Assembly (NCBI GenBank): GCA_965223665.1
Contig: OZ245011.1
Span: 3,040,001 to 3,104,000, forward strand
Source of the DNA: Nitrospinaceae bacterium
GTDB taxonomy: Bacteria > Nitrospinota > Nitrospinia > Nitrospinales > Nitrospinaceae
Length of the DNA stretch: 64,000 bases
Direction of reading: 5' to 3'
The notes under the pieces are model-generated. The model saw nothing but the letters and a program-made list of their open reading frames with translations. It was not told the origin of the DNA and ran no database searches. Numbering within the stretch: the first letter of the stretch is position 1; every line of letters starts with the position of its first letter. This document shows, piece after piece, positions 60,511 through 64,000 of the stretch. Both the position numbers and the translations under genes were made by a program.

Positions 60511-60697
60511 ATAAAAATATTTCCCAAATCGATCCACTCAAACACTATTAAATCCAAATCGAAACCTATAAAGATCTCCGAATACTTTATGAGTCACTTT
60601 GTAAGGTATTTCTTAACAAAGTGAAAAGTGAAAGGGTTGTATACTAGGGGAAAAAAAGATCCAATGGCGCAACCCCGCTCGTGGCTTTCTTCCTAGT

Positions 60698-61597
60698 TTA
60701 TGGGTAATTGAGCACATTTTCCGGCAGAAATTCCGAAAACTGCGATACCGTCTCTGTAAAAAATATATCCCAATCCCCATCACTACACTCAGCAAAAGCC
60801 CTATTTGCCGAGTTAAACTCTTGAAACATTCCGAAAACAGACGAACCGCTCCCTGAAACTAACAACCCCTGGGGTTGGAAGGAACGTAGTCGATCCTTGG
60901 CCATTTGGACAACCGGATATCGTTTTAAAACAACGGTTTCCAAGTCATTTACCAAATTGGCACCTAATTTAACGATATCCGACTGGGAAAAAAAATCGCT
61001 CAAAATGCTAATATTTTTTTGATTTTTTGTCAAATTTAAATTGAGATGTTGATATACCTCAGATGTAGAAACGAATATCTTTGGAAAAATCAGTATAACA
61101 TAGCATTTTTTAAAGGGTTGCAAGGGAGTGAGTTTTTCTCCACGACCTTGCCCTCTTGCTGCAGGTGAACATAAAAAAAAGGGTACATCTGAGCCAATTT
61201 GAGCAGATATTTCTATTAATTGTTTTCTTTTAAGACCAAGGTCCCAAAGGTAATTTAGCCCCAATAAAGCTCCAGCAGCATTCCCGCTTCCACCTCCTAG
61301 GCCTGCACCGACGGGAATCCTCTTTTTTAAATGTATTTTACAGCCTTTTTCCGAAATTTCAGGAAATTGCCTCTTCAGTAATTGGGCGGATTTGCAAATT
61401 AAATTAGAAGAATCTGTTGGGATATTAGGATCATTGCAAGTTAATGATATGTTACTGGGTTGGTTTTCGATTTCTAAGCAATCAAACAAATTGACCATTT
61501 GAAAGATGGTGTCCAATTCATGAAATCCATCTGGTCGTTTCCCTAAAATGGATAACCCAAGATTAATTTTAGCAGGAGTTTGAATACTTAGTTTCAT
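60698..61597 (-). CDS. ispE: 4-diphosphocytidyl-2-C-methyl-D-erythritol kinase
   Basis: PAKINLGL, IPVGAGLGGGSGNAA, GSDVPFF, SGSGSSVF. Confidence 0.96.
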   Translation of the reverse strand: MKLSIQTPAKINLGLSILGKRPDGFHELDTIFQMVNLFDCLEIENQPSNISLTCNDPNIPTDSSNLICKSAQLLKRQFPEISEKGCKIHLKKRIPVGAGLGGGSGNAAGALLGLNYLWDLGLKRKQLIEISAQIGSDVPFFLCSPAARGQGRGEKLTPLQPFKKCYVILIFPKIFVSTSEVYQHLNLNLTKNQKNISILSDFFSQSDIVKLGANLVNDLETVVLKRYPVVQMAKDRLRSFQPQGLLVSGSGSSVFGMFQEFNSANRAFAECSDGDWDIFFTETVSQFSEFLPENVLNYP

Positions 61598-61613
61598 GGA
61601 ACTAAAGTTTTTT

Positions 61614-62393
61614 CTATGAACCGGGTAAATTTAATCGAAAGGATTCATCCGGAATTCCTTGGTTAATTTTTGGATCAAAATATTTTAATGAAACTTCTTC
61701 ACCCGTTGTATTTTTATTGATATGAATTTTATTAGGAAAAATGTATTCATCCTGGGTTCTATAATCTTGCCATTGAACTGTATAAGCAATTTTTTGATTT
61801 TTCCAATGTTCCATCCGGGTGGGAACCATTTTTAAAGGATCTATTTCAATTATTATTTGGTCTCCAATTTCGTTAGAAGTAGAAAGACTCACAAATGGAG
61901 ACCCCTCAAGTTTTTTTTCGTTTTTTACTTGCATGGACTCAATTCCTGGAATATTACCAGAAAAAATTTGCACATATTTCCGAAAATCAAATTGAGTCCC
62001 CAGCATTTGAAATAAAATATCCCAAACTTCTAATCCTTTATAAACTTTTTGATTGCTCACATCATATAGGAGTGAATTAGAATTGGAAACTAGTAATACA
62101 CCTAAGGGTTGACCAAATATATTTAAAGTATCCAGACGTACCATCGTGTTGTTACGAATCAGCAACGTTTGGCGGAAGGTTTGTTTGCTACTGGAAGATT
62201 GAATTGAGGTTTTTACAAAAGACTTTAAATCCTGAAAGCGTTTTTGTCTTTCTTTTAAATTGTTGAGTAATTCATGGGAAGAATATTGGAGTGAGTTATC
62301 CTGGATTTCAGGAGCAATAGTTTTTGTCTGGCACGCACAAAGTAACAATAAGCATAGACCAAACCACCTTCTTAAGGGTTGAAAATGGTGCAT
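61614..62393 (-). CDS. Lipoprotein, LolB/DUF4292-like
   Basis: Lipobox LLCA-C; occupies the lolB position between a TPR gene and ispE. Confidence 0.6.
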   Translation of the reverse strand: MHHFQPLRRWFGLCLLLLCACQTKTIAPEIQDNSLQYSSHELLNNLKERQKRFQDLKSFVKTSIQSSSSKQTFRQTLLIRNNTMVRLDTLNIFGQPLGVLLVSNSNSLLYDVSNQKVYKGLEVWDILFQMLGTQFDFRKYVQIFSGNIPGIESMQVKNEKKLEGSPFVSLSTSNEIGDQIIIEIDPLKMVPTRMEHWKNQKIAYTVQWQDYRTQDEYIFPNKIHINKNTTGEEVSLKYFDPKINQGIPDESFRLNLPGS

Positions 62394-62404
62394 GACTGAG
62401 AATA

Positions 62405-64000
62405 TTAATTAGAGTGAAGAAGGTCGGATGCTTTTTTTATTTTACTCCGTAGATCTTTAGGCGTCGGCAACTCCTCTGAAGGGGCTTTGAATTTTTGGAG
62501 AGTTAAAATCAAACTGGTTTTCCAAGCTTTAACGGCCTCAGTGAGATTATCCATTGAGAAATAAACATCTCCCAAATGATCGTATAGAACAGGATCAGGG
62601 TCTATATAAATCAGAGCTTTTTTAATTTGCGTCAAGGCTTTTTCGTGCTGACCTTTTTTATGATAAATCCAACCCAAGCTATCTAAAAAATAAGCGTTCT
62701 TTGGTTGAATGGTCAAAGCTTGCTCTAAATGGTCAACAGCTTCATCTAACGCTTCTCCCCGTTTGGCATAAGTATATCCAATAAAGTTATGAGCATTTGA
62801 ATTACTTGGATTAATGGCCAAAGTTTGTTTCATACTTTTGATGGCTTGAATGTCATTTCCAACACGGGAAAAAAGGGTTCCCTGCTCATAGAAATATGAA
62901 TCTTTTTGATCATTTAATGAAATGGCTTTATTAATATTACGGATGGCTTCTTCATTTTCGTCAAGAGACATGTGCGCTAATGCTAAAGCATGATAAAGAC
63001 GGTCATTCTCAGGCTCCAGAACTAAAGCTTTATTAAGATAATCCACCGAAACTTTCATTTCCCGATTTAAACCATGTAGTCGAGCCAACTGTAAAAGAAC
63101 ATCTACTGAATTTGGGTCTGGGCTATTGGCTCTTGATAATTCGACTTCTTTAATGGCCTTATCCATTCTTCCAAACAATTCGAAAATTTTTGCAATGGCT
63201 AATCGCAGTTCTCTATCTTCCTCATTGGCAAGTGCAAGTCGAAATTCATCTAAAGCCCCTAAGTATACAGCTTGTTCATAAAATATAGCCCCCAGCATTC
63301 TATGAATATTGGGTTCGTCCCAAGGAAAGGTTGCATCCTTGGAATTGATATTTAAGTTAGTACTTCCAGCATCGGCTTGATTTTTAAAATGCATACTTTC
63401 TAAATGGTTTTTAACTGTCTCGTTACTGGGATCCACTTTTAAAATGATTTGATATTGTTTTGCTGCTTCCTCATATTTTTGTTGTAACTCCAAAACCCTT
63501 GCTAAATTCTGTCGAGCTTCTAAAAGCCCAGGACGTAAATTTATCGATTTTTTAAATTTTTCTTCAGCGCTTTCCATTTCTCCTGACCTCGCTAAAGAGG
63601 TGCCTAAATAATGATAACCCAGAGGATTTCCAGGATCGACGATCGTTACTTTTTTGAACTGCTCTTTGGCTTGATCATATTCTTTAAGGGTTTTTAATAC
63701 ATAACCTGTCAATAACAAAGCTCTGGAGTTTGAGGGATCTATGTCGATTATTTTTTTATAATGTTGAAGGGCTTGTTGGTATTTCCCTTGAGTCGATAGT
63801 ATGTCAGCCATGATCATTCGAATTCTTAAATTGTTAGGGAAATGATTTAGGGCTTCAGTCCCCGATTCCAAGGCATCGTCCAACCGACCTGTTCTTAAAT
63901 ATAAGATAACGAGTTTTGTATAGTGTTTTTCTTGAGTAGAATCGTATCTTACGACTCTTGAAAAATGCAACGCGGCACCATCAAAATCTCCTTCACGTTC
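62405..64000 (-). CDS. TPR-repeat protein (5'-partial)
   Basis: Many TPRs; NFIGYTYA, FLDSLGWIY, HLGDVY; frame stays open to the window edge. Confidence 0.9.
   Translation of the reverse strand, partial: EREGDFDGAALHFSRVVRYDSTQEKHYTKLVILYLRTGRLDDALESGTEALNHFPNNLRIRMIMADILSTQGKYQQALQHYKKIIDIDPSNSRALLLTGYVLKTLKEYDQAKEQFKKVTIVDPGNPLGYHYLGTSLARSGEMESAEEKFKKSINLRPGLLEARQNLARVLELQQKYEEAAKQYQIILKVDPSNETVKNHLESMHFKNQADAGSTNLNINSKDATFPWDEPNIHRMLGAIFYEQAVYLGALDEFRLALANEEDRELRLAIAKIFELFGRMDKAIKEVELSRANSPDPNSVDVLLQLARLHGLNREMKVSVDYLNKALVLEPENDRLYHALALAHMSLDENEEAIRNINKAISLNDQKDSYFYEQGTLFSRVGNDIQAIKSMKQTLAINPSNSNAHNFIGYTYAKRGEALDEAVDHLEQALTIQPKNAYFLDSLGWIYHKKGQHEKALTQIKKALIYIDPDPVLYDHLGDVYFSMDNLTEAVKAWKTSLILTLQKFKAPSEELPTPKDLRSKIKKASDLLHSN

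Noticed and set aside
1-64000. CRISPR array, IS element, integrase or prophage
   Set aside because: No regularly spaced repeat-spacer array and no transposase, integrase or phage protein motifs were seen.

Overview
Bacterial chromosome segment, mostly AT-rich. The host is inferred to be a Nitrospinota (Nitrospina-like, probably marine) organism, mainly from its UBact sequence and Na+-type membrane pyrophosphatase; this is not proven. (1) 1-11.5 kb: a compositionally foreign polymorphic-toxin locus. A giant fused SpvB/TcB-YD/Rhs protein (over 2890 aa, open at the left edge) carries a TseH-like papain-fold C-terminal toxin. It is followed by a lipoprotein immunity candidate, an orphan Rhs-core/Ntox44-like toxin with a membrane-anchored immunity candidate, and an interrupted remnant of another rhs allele. 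(2) 11.6-29 kb: CBS, DUF2238, MscS, a pair of paralogous secreted proteins, RpoH-type sigma factor, fumC, fetAB-like ABC genes, a His-rich protein with czcCBA, nadA and HIT. (3) A 1007-aa secreted DNRLRE/PPC repeat protein. (4) A complete UBact-proteasome operon (arc-dop-ubact-prcB-prcA-pafA); the 58-aa ubact gene is missing from the ORF track. (5) Housekeeping genes: TonB, GATase, tRNA-Leu(CAG), ribF, tat, dusB, rluA-family, hisI, hisG, mqnA, hppA, pth, rplY, prs, tRNA-Gln(TTG), ispE and a TPR protein. A four-unit, 11-bp-phased Pho-box-like array lies upstream of tRNA-Leu. No CRISPR array, rRNA, integrase or transposase was seen. All family assignments come from motif recognition by eye, not database searches.
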